Below, in pieces: positions 39,228 through 49,226 of a stretch of DNA of 59,020 nucleotides; position 1 is the stretch's first letter, and each line of letters opens with the position of its first letter. The notes under the pieces are model-generated. The model worked only from the letters and a program-made list of their open reading frames with translations. It was not told where the DNA came from and searched no databases. Made by a program: the position numbers and the translations under genes. Source of the stretch: Fidelibacterota bacterium (lineage in GTDB: Bacteria; Fidelibacterota; Marinisomatia; Marinisomatales; Marinisomataceae); assembly GCA_045560315.1 (NCBI GenBank), contig JBJKZN010000032.1:1-59020 (forward strand), read 5' to 3'.

Positions 39228-39899
39228 GTGAAAAATCTTAACATATTTTTAACAGTATTTATAATAATCTCACTTCTTATTATGGTTGGTTTTTCATCCA
39301 ATTCAAAATGGACCGTTCTTTTTGATGGAAAAACTGTTAAAGGCCTTCGAGGATATAAACAATCGGGATTTCCTGACTCATGGGAAGTTGTTGATGGCAC
39401 ACTAAAAACTGTGCCAGGCCATGGTATTGATTTAATCAGTGAGGAAGTTTATAAAAATTTTGAGTTAGAATTGGAATGGAAAGTACCCGAAAAAGGAAAT
39501 AGTGGTATTTTCTATTTTGCAACTGAAGAAGGAGATTATATTTGGCAGTCAGCACCAGAAATGCAGATAGTAGATGATGAAAAACATACAGATGGAAAAA
39601 ACACACTTACTTCTGCTGGTTCACTATATGCTTTGATTGCTCCATCTGTCAATGTTGTCAAGCCAGTCGGTGAGTTCAATCAGGTGCGAATCAAAGTAAA
39701 AAATAACCATGTAGAGCATTGGTTAAATGGAACAAAGATTGTTGAATATATTTATGGTAGTGATATGATGTGGAGCTTGGTGGAAAAAAGCAAATTCAAT
39801 AAAATGCCTTTATTTGCAAAAGCCTCCGAAGGTCATATTGGCTTCCAAGGAGATCATGGACTAATATGGTATAAAAATATTCGTATTCGGAGGTTATAA
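39228..39899 (+). CDS. DUF1080 (3-keto-disaccharide hydrolase/hydratase-like) secreted protein
   Basis: GTG start; W..LFDGK, NFELELEWK, GNSGIFY, PEMQI.D, AGSLY, HWLNG, GHIGFQGDH...YKNIRIRRL. Confidence 0.92.
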   Translation: MKNLNIFLTVFIIISLLIMVGFSSNSKWTVLFDGKTVKGLRGYKQSGFPDSWEVVDGTLKTVPGHGIDLISEEVYKNFELELEWKVPEKGNSGIFYFATEEGDYIWQSAPEMQIVDDEKHTDGKNTLTSAGSLYALIAPSVNVVKPVGEFNQVRIKVKNNHVEHWLNGTKIVEYIYGSDMMWSLVEKSKFNKMPLFAKASEGHIGFQGDHGLIWYKNIRIRRL

Positions 39900-39900
39900 A

Positions 39901-40821
39901 TTGAAACGTCGAGATTTCATTAAACAATCTGCTGCAATTACTGGGGGAATTACACTTACTGGACTAGGAAACCCTATTATTCTGGGTTCTAACGCAAATA
40001 AAACATTTAAAATATCACTTGCCGAATGGTCACTACATCGTTCTTTACAAAGTAAAGAGATAGACCATCTTGATTTTTATTCTATTGCAAAAAATAAATT
40101 TGACATTTCAGCGGTTGAGTATGTGAACTCTTTTTTCTTTGATAAAGCAAAAAATCTTACTTATCTCAAAGAAATGAAAATGAGAGCAGATGATCTCGGG
40201 ATAAAAAGCCTTTTGATTATGTGCGATGGAGAAGGAAATATTGGTGATCCAGATTCGAATAAAAGAACACAAGCAGTTGAAAATCATTATAAATGGGCAG
40301 AAGCCGCTCAATATTTGGGATGCCATTCCATTCGCGTGAATGCTCGAAGCTTTGGTACATATAATGACCAAATTGAATTAGCTACCGACGGTTTACGTCG
40401 CCTTACAGAATTTTGTGATACATTGGGCATCAACACAATTGTTGAAAATCATGGTGGACTTTCATCCAATGGCAAATGGTTATCTGCTGTTATGAAAAAA
40501 GTAGATCATCCTCGCGTTGGTACCCTGCCAGACTTTGGTAATTTTAAACTTGAAGAAGACAAGTGGTATGACCGATATAAGGGAATGAAAGAAATCATGC
40601 CATATGCAAAAGCTGTTAGTGCTAAAAGTCATGAATTTGATAGGGATGGCAATGAAACCGGGACTGATTATTTTAAAATGATGAAAATTGTTCTAAACGC
40701 AGGTTATCATGGGTATGTAGGAATCGAATATGAAGGTACTCGCCACAGCGAGATGGAAGGCATACAGCTTACACTTGAATTATTGAAAAAAGTAAGATCT
40801 ATGGAAGGCAGACGGCTTTAA
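39901..40821 (+). CDS. Tat-exported sugar phosphate isomerase/epimerase (xylose isomerase-like TIM barrel)
   Basis: TTG start, KRRDFIK Tat motif; ISLAEWSLH, VENHGG, LPDFGNF, VSAKS, GIEYEG. Confidence 0.92.
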   Translation: MKRRDFIKQSAAITGGITLTGLGNPIILGSNANKTFKISLAEWSLHRSLQSKEIDHLDFYSIAKNKFDISAVEYVNSFFFDKAKNLTYLKEMKMRADDLGIKSLLIMCDGEGNIGDPDSNKRTQAVENHYKWAEAAQYLGCHSIRVNARSFGTYNDQIELATDGLRRLTEFCDTLGINTIVENHGGLSSNGKWLSAVMKKVDHPRVGTLPDFGNFKLEEDKWYDRYKGMKEIMPYAKAVSAKSHEFDRDGNETGTDYFKMMKIVLNAGYHGYVGIEYEGTRHSEMEGIQLTLELLKKVRSMEGRRL

Positions 40822-40824
40822 AAC

Positions 40825-41079
40825 TTAAGTTTTTGACTTTCTACTATAAATTTGAATTGCTGAACATGGTTCACCAAAATAAATATTTTTTGCATAATTA
40901 GATAAATGTGATGAAATAATCAAATATGCCCATGTAGGGACCGGTACCTCAGCACAGCCTTTAATCATTACTTTTTTATCTCTAAATGATTCCCAATTCA
41001 TTTCTGCAATCTGTGAACGAAATTCTTTTTCTTTAATCATTCCATCTGATAGGAAATCATCTAAAAGGATAGTTTTCAT
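40825..41079 (-). CDS. DUF2480-like protein (short single-unit form)
   Basis: KEKEFR, KKVMIKGC..VPVPTWAY, YFGEPCS; last gene of the suf operon. Confidence 0.75.
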   Translation of the reverse strand: MKTILLDDFLSDGMIKEKEFRSQIAEMNWESFRDKKVMIKGCAEVPVPTWAYLIISSHLSNYAKNIYFGEPCSAIQIYSRKSKT

Positions 41080-42278
41080 TAACTTAATTTCTTAATTGTT
41101 TCGTTTAGTTTTTCAATAAAAATATCGACTTCTTCGATAGTGTTATAAACATAAAAACTAATTCTTGCGCAAGATAAAATATTTAAAGATTTCATGAGAG
41201 GTTGACAGCAATGATGACCTGATCGAATAGCGATTCCTTCATAATCGAGTAGCTGTGCGATATCTAATGAAGCAATATTGTCAATATTAAAGCTAATGGT
41301 TGATGTTCTTTCTGGAGCATTACCATAAATCGTGATTCCATCAACTTTGTACATTTTTTCTAATGCATATTGAAAAACATTTTCATATTCTGATGGATAT
41401 AAGTTTAAAAAATCAATTGCTGCTCCCATTCCATAGACCTGTGCAGACGGAGGAGAACCAGCTTCAAATTTATGTGGAAGACAACTCCAACTAGATTTTT
41501 CCATAGTAACATCTCTAATCATTCCACCACCAGTCTGGTAAGGATCCATATCTTCAAGAATCTCTGTCTTACCATAAAGTACACCCACTCCTGTTGGGCC
41601 TAACATTTTATGACCTGAAAAAACAAAGAAGTCGCAATCTAATTCCTTAACATCTATTTTAAGATGAGGAGCACTTTGGCATCCATCTAATAATACTAAT
41701 GAACCATTTTTATGTGCTTTATCAATAATAGTTTTTGCTGGATTAATGGTTCCAAACACATTCGATACGTGAGTAAAGCTCACAATTTTTACCTTATCAT
41801 TTAGCGCATCATCTAATTCTTGTAAATCAAGCGTACCATCTTTGGTTGATTTGATATATTCAATTTTAGCGCCTGTTTTATCACAGATTATTTGCCAAGG
41901 GACAATATTGGAGTGATGCTCCATATCTGTAAGAAGTACGATATCCCCTTTTTTTAAATTTTTAAAACCCCAAGCATCTGATACAAGATTAATTGACTCA
42001 GTAGCACTTTTTGTAAACACAATAGATTCTGAGCTATCTGATCCAATAAATTTAGCCACTTTTTTTCTTGTATTTTCATAGGCATTGGTTGCTTTCTCGC
42101 CTAATTCATAAACACTCCTATGAATACTAGCACCATATTCTTGATAGAATAGTATTTCTGAACCAATTACAGATACAGGTCGTAATGATGTTGCAGCACT
42201 ATCAAGATAAATGAGATCTTTATCACGATTTTTTTCGCGAAGAATAGGAAACTGTTCTCTAATTTTTTGAATATCCAT
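41079..42278 (-). CDS. sufS: Cysteine desulfurase, class II
   Basis: YLDSAAT, EHHSNIVPWQ, FSGHKMLGPTG, RSGHHCCQP. Confidence 0.96.
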   Translation of the reverse strand: MDIQKIREQFPILREKNRDKDLIYLDSAATSLRPVSVIGSEILFYQEYGASIHRSVYELGEKATNAYENTRKKVAKFIGSDSSESIVFTKSATESINLVSDAWGFKNLKKGDIVLLTDMEHHSNIVPWQIICDKTGAKIEYIKSTKDGTLDLQELDDALNDKVKIVSFTHVSNVFGTINPAKTIIDKAHKNGSLVLLDGCQSAPHLKIDVKELDCDFFVFSGHKMLGPTGVGVLYGKTEILEDMDPYQTGGGMIRDVTMEKSSWSCLPHKFEAGSPPSAQVYGMGAAIDFLNLYPSEYENVFQYALEKMYKVDGITIYGNAPERTSTISFNIDNIASLDIAQLLDYEGIAIRSGHHCCQPLMKSLNILSCARISFYVYNTIEEVDIFIEKLNETIKKLS

Positions 42279-42280
42279 AT

Positions 42281-42802
42281 TTAATACAATCCAAGTTGTA
42301 GTTTTGCCGCATCAGACATCATATCTTGATTCCATTGTGGTTCCCATACTAATTCAACATCTACATGTTTAGCACCACTTAACGCTGATAATTTTTCTTT
42401 AACTTCATCAGCAATAACAGGACCCATACCACATCCAGGAGCAGTTAAGGTCATTTGTATGCTAATATTTACTCCATCTTCTTCTTCTTTAATTTCTGTA
42501 TTGTATACAAGACCTAAATCAACAATATTTACAGGAATTTCAGGGTCGTAGCATGTATGTAATACATTCCAAATTTCTTCTTCATTAGCAAAGTTATTAG
42601 AATCTATTGATCGTTTTTCTTCTCCGATAGCTTCACCATCGACTCCTTTGACTTGATACATATTTCCTTCAACAATAATAGTAAAATTATCTCCCAAAGA
42701 TTGAGAGATGATTCCATTCATTCCTTTAGTCAGAAGGGTCTTTTGTCCATCAGGTACACTGAATACATAGACATCATCTTGAATTGTGAATTCTTTATTC
42801 AT
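42281..42802 (-). CDS. sufT: Fe-S cluster assembly protein SufT (DUF59 with N-terminal extension)
   Basis: SQSLGDNFT N-domain, CYDPEIPVNIVDLGLVY, MTLTAPGCGMG, VWEPQW. Confidence 0.9.
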   Translation of the reverse strand: MNKEFTIQDDVYVFSVPDGQKTLLTKGMNGIISQSLGDNFTIIVEGNMYQVKGVDGEAIGEEKRSIDSNNFANEEEIWNVLHTCYDPEIPVNIVDLGLVYNTEIKEEEDGVNISIQMTLTAPGCGMGPVIADEVKEKLSALSGAKHVDVELVWEPQWNQDMMSDAAKLQLGLY

Positions 42803-43217
42803 TTGTTAATTCTTTCTTAATAAATAGCATAGCTCCAATAAATCCATTCTGTCTTTGACTAGAAATCGTTGGTCCTATGTTAAGCCATTCAAAAATCTTT
42901 ATAGGTTCATCAAAATCATTAATAAAATCAATAATATTCTTTTTTTCTTCATTATTGAAACCAATTTGTAATACTCTGAGCAGCCCCTTAACTATTGCAC
43001 TTTCAGAATCAACAGTGAACGTAATATTATCCTCATCTACAATATTAATCCATGTTTGCGATGTACATGCATGCACTTTATTTGCTTCTGTTTTATGCTT
43101 TTCATCGATTTGATTAATTTTTTTACCTAAATCAATAAGATAGACTAATCTATCTTGACCATCAAGTGTCGCAAATCCTTCTCTAATAGGAGATAGTTTT
43201 TCAATTATACTATTCAT
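42795..43217 (-). CDS. sufE: SufE sulfur acceptor
   Basis: YLIDLGK, VHACTSQTW, DSESAIVKG, QRQNG. Confidence 0.92.
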   Translation of the reverse strand: MNSIIEKLSPIREGFATLDGQDRLVYLIDLGKKINQIDEKHKTEANKVHACTSQTWINIVDEDNITFTVDSESAIVKGLLRVLQIGFNNEEKKNIIDFINDFDEPIKIFEWLNIGPTISSQRQNGFIGAMLFIKKELTNE

Positions 43218-44391
43218 TAATCCAATGATTTAAGTGGTGCTCAGATAAGTTGGTTATATTAATAAATTCTTCCAAAATTTCTTGTGCAAATGCTTTAATT
43301 AACATGTTATTTGCATCTGCTTGATTAATTCCTCTTGCCCTCAGATAAAATATACTATCTTTATCTAATGCTCCGGTAGTAGAACCATGGCCACATTTTA
43401 CATCATCGGCATAAATTTCTAATTGAGGATTGGAATGTGCTGTTGCATTTTTTGATAATAGCAAATTTTGATTTGATTGATTAGAGTCTGTTTTTTGAGC
43501 TCCATCTGCTACGATTACTTTCCCATTGAATACACATGTTGATTCATCATCCAAAATATTACGTACATTTTGAAAGCTTGTACAATGTTCTGCATTATGA
43601 TTCATTAAAATATTGTTATCTAAGTGTTGATCATTTTTTGCAAGATTCAACATATTGATCTTAGCCTCTGATCCTTCTTTATTAAAATCTACTTCTATAA
43701 AGTTTTTATTGAATGTTGATTGGATATTCATACTATCAATGTTTAAGAAAGTATTTCTTCCTAGTTCATAATAGTGATATCCTAAGTAATTACTGCCAGT
43801 ATTATCATTGTGTATCATAGAATGATTTAAAGTAGAATCATCAGAACATATAAATTTTTTAAGACTTAGATTAAAACTATCGACTCCTTGATTAATATCT
43901 TTCTCAATGATGGAGATATTATTTCCTGTATTAATTTTAAAAATATTAAAAGATGAAATTCTCAAATCTTTGCTATTTTTATCATATAGATTCACAATTT
44001 CAATTGGATTATCAAAATTCACCCCTTTTTTAAATTCAAAATATTTTCCAGTTTTGACAGTAGATAGTCCAAGATGGAAAAAAGCTTCTTTTTTAAAATT
44101 AGATGATGTAGCACATAAGCTATTATCATTTAATGTTTCTATATCTGATATAGATATATCATCTTTATAGACAAAATCATTAAGTGATTCTTCTGATAAT
44201 TCTCCATTGATAAAGCATAAAGTATGTTCATCTTTATATTGATCAATTAATAGATCTTTATCGTGACTACTATCTGATTTATATTTTTTCAAGTGTTTAC
44301 TTGGAGAAAATTTCCAATTTTCAAGTTTTTTGGATGGATATCCTAACTCTTCAAATTGATTATGACTATCTTTTTGTATTTTTTTTAACAT
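43210..44391 (-). CDS. sufD: Fe-S cluster assembly protein SufD
   Basis: ENWKF, VFNGKV, AQKTD, PQLEIYADDVKCGHG, FYLRARG. Confidence 0.95.
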   Translation of the reverse strand: MLKKIQKDSHNQFEELGYPSKKLENWKFSPSKHLKKYKSDSSHDKDLLIDQYKDEHTLCFINGELSEESLNDFVYKDDISISDIETLNDNSLCATSSNFKKEAFFHLGLSTVKTGKYFEFKKGVNFDNPIEIVNLYDKNSKDLRISSFNIFKINTGNNISIIEKDINQGVDSFNLSLKKFICSDDSTLNHSMIHNDNTGSNYLGYHYYELGRNTFLNIDSMNIQSTFNKNFIEVDFNKEGSEAKINMLNLAKNDQHLDNNILMNHNAEHCTSFQNVRNILDDESTCVFNGKVIVADGAQKTDSNQSNQNLLLSKNATAHSNPQLEIYADDVKCGHGSTTGALDKDSIFYLRARGINQADANNMLIKAFAQEILEEFINITNLSEHHLNHWINE

Positions 44392-44395
44392 ATTT

Positions 44396-45136
44396 TTATT
44401 TCACAAGCCATGAGTAGCCTTTTTCTTCCACTTCCTTTGCAAGATTCATGTCTCCTGATTTTACAATCTTTCCATCAATCATAATATGGACCACATCTGG
44501 CTTAATATAATTCAATAGTCGTTGATAGTGAGTAATGATTAGAACAGAATTATCATCATTGTTAAATTCATTAACTCCTTCTGCAACGGTACGTAATGCA
44601 TCAATATCTAATCCAGAGTCTGTTTCATCTAAAACAGCAAATTGAGGATTAAGCATTAATAGTTGCAAGATTTCACTTTTCTTTTTTTCTCCTCCTGAGA
44701 ATCCATCATTGATAGATCTTTTTAGAAACGAATCATCTAATCCAAGATGCGATAATATCTTTTTAGCGTTAGTTAGAAATTCAACAGCATCTATTTCATC
44801 TTTACCAGCGTGCTTATTATGAGCATTCAATGCTGATCTTAAAAAATATGCCATACTTACTCCTGGTATAGCTACTGGGTACTGAAAGCATAGAAATAAT
44901 CCTTGAAGTGCTCTGTTTTCAATGCTCATTTCTTTAATATCATTCCCATTCATTTCAATGGAACCACCATCTACTTCGTATGCCTCGTTTCCTGCAATAA
45001 CATTAGCTAATGTGCTTTTTCCTGAGCCATTACGACCCATGATAACATGAACTTCTCCCTTAGGAATTTCTAAATTGATTCCATTTAGAATCTTTTTATC
45101 ATCTACCGATGCTTCTAATTTTTTAATCTTAATCAT
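44396..45136 (-). CDS. sufC: Fe-S cluster assembly ATPase SufC
   Basis: GRNGSGKST, FSGGEKK, LDETDSGLDIDAL, ITHYQRLL. Confidence 0.97.
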   Translation of the reverse strand: MIKIKKLEASVDDKKILNGINLEIPKGEVHVIMGRNGSGKSTLANVIAGNEAYEVDGGSIEMNGNDIKEMSIENRALQGLFLCFQYPVAIPGVSMAYFLRSALNAHNKHAGKDEIDAVEFLTNAKKILSHLGLDDSFLKRSINDGFSGGEKKKSEILQLLMLNPQFAVLDETDSGLDIDALRTVAEGVNEFNNDDNSVLIITHYQRLLNYIKPDVVHIMIDGKIVKSGDMNLAKEVEEKGYSWLVK

Positions 45137-45138
45137 TA

Positions 45139-46584
45139 TTACCCCACGCTATTTTCTAATGTTACTTCAATTAATTGTTTTGCTTCTACGGCAAATTCCA
45201 TTGGTAGTTCAGCAAATACTTCTTTACAAAACCCATTAACAATCATAGATACTGCATCATCTAGTTTAATACCTCTTTGATTGCAATAAAATAATTGATC
45301 TTCACCTATGCTTGATGTTGTTGCTTCATGTTCCATTTTTGCAGTTGGATTTTTAACATCAATATATGGAAAAGTATGTGCACCACATTTGTCACCAATT
45401 AATATAGAGTCACATTGTGAAAAATTTCGTGCATTTTCTGCATTTTTCAGAATCTTGACTCCACCTCTATATGTATTTTGTCCTTCTCCAGCTGATATTC
45501 CTTTAGAGATGATTGTGCTTTTGGTATTTTTCCCTATATGAATCATTTTTGTTCCAGTATCAGCTTGCTGTTTATTCTTTGTTACTGCAACAGAATAAAA
45601 CTCTCCAACACTATCATCGCCCTGCATAATTACACTAGGATATTTCCATGTAACTGCAGATCCCGTTTCTACTTGAGTCCAAGAAATTTTAGACCTATCT
45701 CCAATACATTTTCCTCTCTTAGTGACAAAGTTATAGATTCCACCTTTACCATCTTTATCTCCAGAATACCAATTTTGAATTGTAGAGTACTTGATTGTTG
45801 CATCTTTATGCGCTACCAATTCAACGCATGCTGCATGTAATTGATTTTCATCACGCATTGGAGCTGTACATCCTTCTAAATAGCTAACATGACTACCTTC
45901 ATCTGCTATAATAAGTGTTCTTTCAAATTGACCTGTATTGGCTGCGTTAATTCTAAAATATGTAGAAAGCTCCATCGGGCAGCGCACGTTTTTTGGGATA
46001 TACACAAAAGATCCATCGCTAAATACTGCTGAGTTTAATGCAGCAAAATAGTTATCTGTACGAGGAATGACTGATCCTAAATATTTTTTTACTAATTCAG
46101 GATGGTTAATGACTGCTTCCGAGAAAGAACAAAAGATAATCCCATGTTTTGATAATTCTTTTTTAAAAGTTGTTGCTACAGATACGCTATCAAATACAGC
46201 ATCTACTGCAACACCTTCAAGACGTTTTTGCTCGTTTAATGAAATACCTAATTTATTATATGTTTCTATAATGTCTGGATCAACATCATCAAGACTTGCA
46301 TTTTTTTTATGTTTAGGAGCTGCGTAGTAACTCAATGATTGATAGTCAACAGGAGTATAATCGACTTGAGCCCATGTAGGCTCTTCCATTTTTTGCCAGT
46401 TTTTGTATGCTTTTAGCCTCCAATCCAATAACCATTGAGGCTCTTTTTTTAATTTAGAAAGTCGTGTAATGACGTCTTCATTTAAACCAGGTTCAAATGT
46501 AGTTTGTTCAATATCGGTTGTAAAACCATATTTATATTCTTGATCCAGAGTTGAATCAATAATTTTTTGATTTTTATCAATCAT
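45139..46584 (-). CDS. sufB: Fe-S cluster assembly protein SufB
   Basis: [44 protein letters not shown]. Confidence 0.97.
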   Translation of the reverse strand: MIDKNQKIIDSTLDQEYKYGFTTDIEQTTFEPGLNEDVITRLSKLKKEPQWLLDWRLKAYKNWQKMEEPTWAQVDYTPVDYQSLSYYAAPKHKKNASLDDVDPDIIETYNKLGISLNEQKRLEGVAVDAVFDSVSVATTFKKELSKHGIIFCSFSEAVINHPELVKKYLGSVIPRTDNYFAALNSAVFSDGSFVYIPKNVRCPMELSTYFRINAANTGQFERTLIIADEGSHVSYLEGCTAPMRDENQLHAACVELVAHKDATIKYSTIQNWYSGDKDGKGGIYNFVTKRGKCIGDRSKISWTQVETGSAVTWKYPSVIMQGDDSVGEFYSVAVTKNKQQADTGTKMIHIGKNTKSTIISKGISAGEGQNTYRGGVKILKNAENARNFSQCDSILIGDKCGAHTFPYIDVKNPTAKMEHEATTSSIGEDQLFYCNQRGIKLDDAVSMIVNGFCKEVFAELPMEFAVEAKQLIEVTLENSVG

Positions 46585-46934
46585 TACGCTGAAAAGCTAA
46601 TACCACATCCGCATGTTCGTTCGGCATTTGGATTATTAACTTTAAACCCTCCATTTAATAAATCGTTGGAAAAATCTATCTCGCATCCTCTAACATAAAT
46701 CCAACTCTTCACATCACAAAAGATTTGAATACCATGACTTTCGTATACTTTATCAAATTCTTTTTTCTCTCCGTCAAAAGTAATATTATACGACATTCCT
46801 GAACAACCTCCCGTATCAATAGCAACACGAATACCTTTTGTTGATGGTTCCTCGCTTTTCATGATATTTTTAAGTCGAGTTGCAGCTTTTTCTGTGATAG
46901 TAATAGGTTGTTCTATATTTTTTTCATTTTCCAT
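46584..46934 (-). CDS. A-type Fe-S carrier (SufA/IscA/HesB)
   Basis: [19 protein letters not shown]; start set at ATG 46934 (MENEK). Confidence 0.93.
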   Translation of the reverse strand: MENEKNIEQPITITEKAATRLKNIMKSEEPSTKGIRVAIDTGGCSGMSYNITFDGEKKEFDKVYESHGIQIFCDVKSWIYVRGCEIDFSNDLLNGGFKVNNPNAERTCGCGISFSA

Positions 46935-46935
46935 A

Positions 46936-47250
46936 TTAGAAACCAAGTTTTTGCTTTCCTTCTTCTGTCATCATTTCAGGACTCCAAGGTGGATCAAATG
47001 TAATCTCTACATTTACATTAGTCATATGTTCTAATGTTGCAATTTTGCTTTTTATATCTTCTACCATGTACTGACCCATTGAACATCCTGGTGTAGTTAA
47101 TGACATAGTAATATCTACACCAAACTTATTTTTTGGCTGTTCATATATCTTTAAGTCATAAATCAGTCCAAGATTCCAGAGATCAATAGGAAGCTCAGGA
47201 TCATTGCACTGTTTTAGTATCTCAATGATGCTATTTTTTATATCTTTCAT
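46936..47250 (-). CDS. DUF59 metal-sulfur cluster assembly factor
   Basis: DPELPIDLWNLGLIY, MSLTTPGC, FDPPWSPEMM. Confidence 0.92.
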   Translation of the reverse strand: MKDIKNSIIEILKQCNDPELPIDLWNLGLIYDLKIYEQPKNKFGVDITMSLTTPGCSMGQYMVEDIKSKIATLEHMTNVNVEITFDPPWSPEMMTEEGKQKLGF

Positions 47251-47271
47251 AACAGAAAAAAAATTTAACCT

Positions 47272-47291
47272 ATAGAACCTTTATGTCCTAT
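47272..47291. promoter_or_regulatory. Imperfect palindrome ATAGAAC-N6-GTCCTAT, candidate Rrf2/IscR-type operator
   Basis: 6/7 inverted repeat about 20 bp upstream of the first suf gene in the suf/kor divergent region. Confidence 0.35.
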
Positions 47292-47375
47292 GATTTTAGG
47301 AAATATTTATTAATTCCTATACTCGTTGCTTACTTTATTTCCGTAATGTAAATTGATGTTCATTTGAGGACAAAG

Positions 47376-49226
47376 ATGAGCACGAAAGCTAAATTAGAAA
47401 CAGTCGATAATGTAACGATTCGATTTGCCGGTGACTCCGGAGATGGGATGCAGTTAACAGGAGGAAGGTTTACTCAAACCTCTGCAATTATGGGGAATGA
47501 TTTAAGCACTTTACCAGATTTTCCTGCTGAAATTCGTGCACCCGCTGGTTCTTTAGCTGGAGTAAGTTCGTTTCAGATTCATTTTAGTTCTCAAGAAATT
47601 CATACTCCTGGTGAGAAGCCAGATGTGTTAGTGGCAATGAATCCCGCTGCGCTAAAGGTTCACTTAAAAGAATTGACTCCCGGAGGAACATTAATTATTA
47701 ATAAAAATGCATTTACTTCAAAAAATTTAAAACTAGCTGGATATGAAAGCGATCCTACAGAAGATGGATCTTTAGAGGATTATTATTTAACCCATTTTAT
47801 TGAAATGAATAAGCTAGTAGAGTTAGCATGCGAAGAAATCGATTTAGCACCAAAATTAATTGATAGAACAAAAAATTTATGTGCTCTCGGAGTATTATTC
47901 TGGATTTATGATAGGCCTTTAGAACCAACTATTGAATGGTTGAATAAAAAATTTAAATCTAAACCAGATATTATTGATGCAAATGTTAAAGCGTTGCATG
48001 CAGGATATAATTATGGAGAGACAGCTGAGATATTCACAACAAGATATGTTGTAGAAAAAGCGGAATTACCAGTTGGAAAATATAGAAATATCAATGGAAC
48101 ACTAGCGTCATGTCTAGGATTGTTAACTGCTGTAGAAAAAAGTGGTCTTAACTTAACCTTTGCAGGCTATCCAATAACCCCAGCAAGCAATATTCTTCAT
48201 ACACTTGCTAACTGGAAAAGTTTTGGTATAAAGACATATCAAGCTGAGGATGAAATTGCTGGTATAGGAGCAGCATTAGGAGCAGCATTTGGTGGATCAC
48301 TAGGCGTTACTGCATCATCTGGACCGGGTATTGCACTAAAGGGAGAATTTTTAGGATTAGCATTGATTACTGAATTACCATTAGTAGTTATTAATGTGCA
48401 AAGAGGTGGACCAAGTACTGGATTACCTACAAAAACTGAGCAATCCGATTTATTTCAGGCTATGTATGGAAGAAATGGAGATGCACCAATACCAGTTATT
48501 GCTGCAACTACTCCAGGAGATTGTTATTATACTGCATATGAAGCTTGTAGAATCGCAGTAAAATATATGACACCAGTAATGATGTTGACAGATGGATACT
48601 TGGCTAACGGTTCAGAGCCATGGATGATTCCTAACACAGATGATTTAGAAGATTTTAATGTAGAGTTTGCCAAAGAAAATGACTCAGATGAAGAACAACA
48701 TTTACCATATAAGAGAGATAAAAAAACTTTAGCAAGAAATTGGGCTATTCCAGGGACAAAAGGATTAGAGCATCGTATTGGAGGGATTGAAAAGCAAGAC
48801 ATAACAGGTAAGGTTAATTATGATGCAGACAATCATGAGCATATGACTTTAACTAGAGCTCAGAAAGTAGCAAATGTTGCAAATGAAATACCACCAACTA
48901 AAATTTATGGTAAAGAAAAAGGGGATTTATTAATTTTAAGTTGGGGCAGTACCCATGGAGCTTGTAAAACTGCTACAGAAAAGTTATTAGAAGAAAAATT
49001 AGCAGTAGGACATGTTTCATTAAAATGGATTAATCCACTACCTAACGATTTAAAGAAGATTTTATCTAATTACAAGAATGTGTTAATACCTGAAATAAAT
49101 ACAGGACAACTAAGTCAGATTATACGTGCAAAATATTTAGTTGATGCAGTAGGATTGAATGAAATCCAAGGAAAGCCACTAGGCACTTCAACTATTATAG
49201 CAAAATCAAAGGAGCTACTTAAATGA
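47376..49226 (+). CDS. korA: 2-oxoacid:ferredoxin oxidoreductase alpha subunit (gamma-alpha fusion)
   Basis: FAGDSGDGMQ, PAEIRAP, YPITPA, QAEDE, SSGPG, QRGGPSTGLPT; ATG 47376 has a GAGGA RBS. Confidence 0.93.
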   Translation: MSTKAKLETVDNVTIRFAGDSGDGMQLTGGRFTQTSAIMGNDLSTLPDFPAEIRAPAGSLAGVSSFQIHFSSQEIHTPGEKPDVLVAMNPAALKVHLKELTPGGTLIINKNAFTSKNLKLAGYESDPTEDGSLEDYYLTHFIEMNKLVELACEEIDLAPKLIDRTKNLCALGVLFWIYDRPLEPTIEWLNKKFKSKPDIIDANVKALHAGYNYGETAEIFTTRYVVEKAELPVGKYRNINGTLASCLGLLTAVEKSGLNLTFAGYPITPASNILHTLANWKSFGIKTYQAEDEIAGIGAALGAAFGGSLGVTASSGPGIALKGEFLGLALITELPLVVINVQRGGPSTGLPTKTEQSDLFQAMYGRNGDAPIPVIAATTPGDCYYTAYEACRIAVKYMTPVMMLTDGYLANGSEPWMIPNTDDLEDFNVEFAKENDSDEEQHLPYKRDKKTLARNWAIPGTKGLEHRIGGIEKQDITGKVNYDADNHEHMTLTRAQKVANVANEIPPTKIYGKEKGDLLILSWGSTHGACKTATEKLLEEKLAVGHVSLKWINPLPNDLKKILSNYKNVLIPEINTGQLSQIIRAKYLVDAVGLNEIQGKPLGTSTIIAKSKELLK

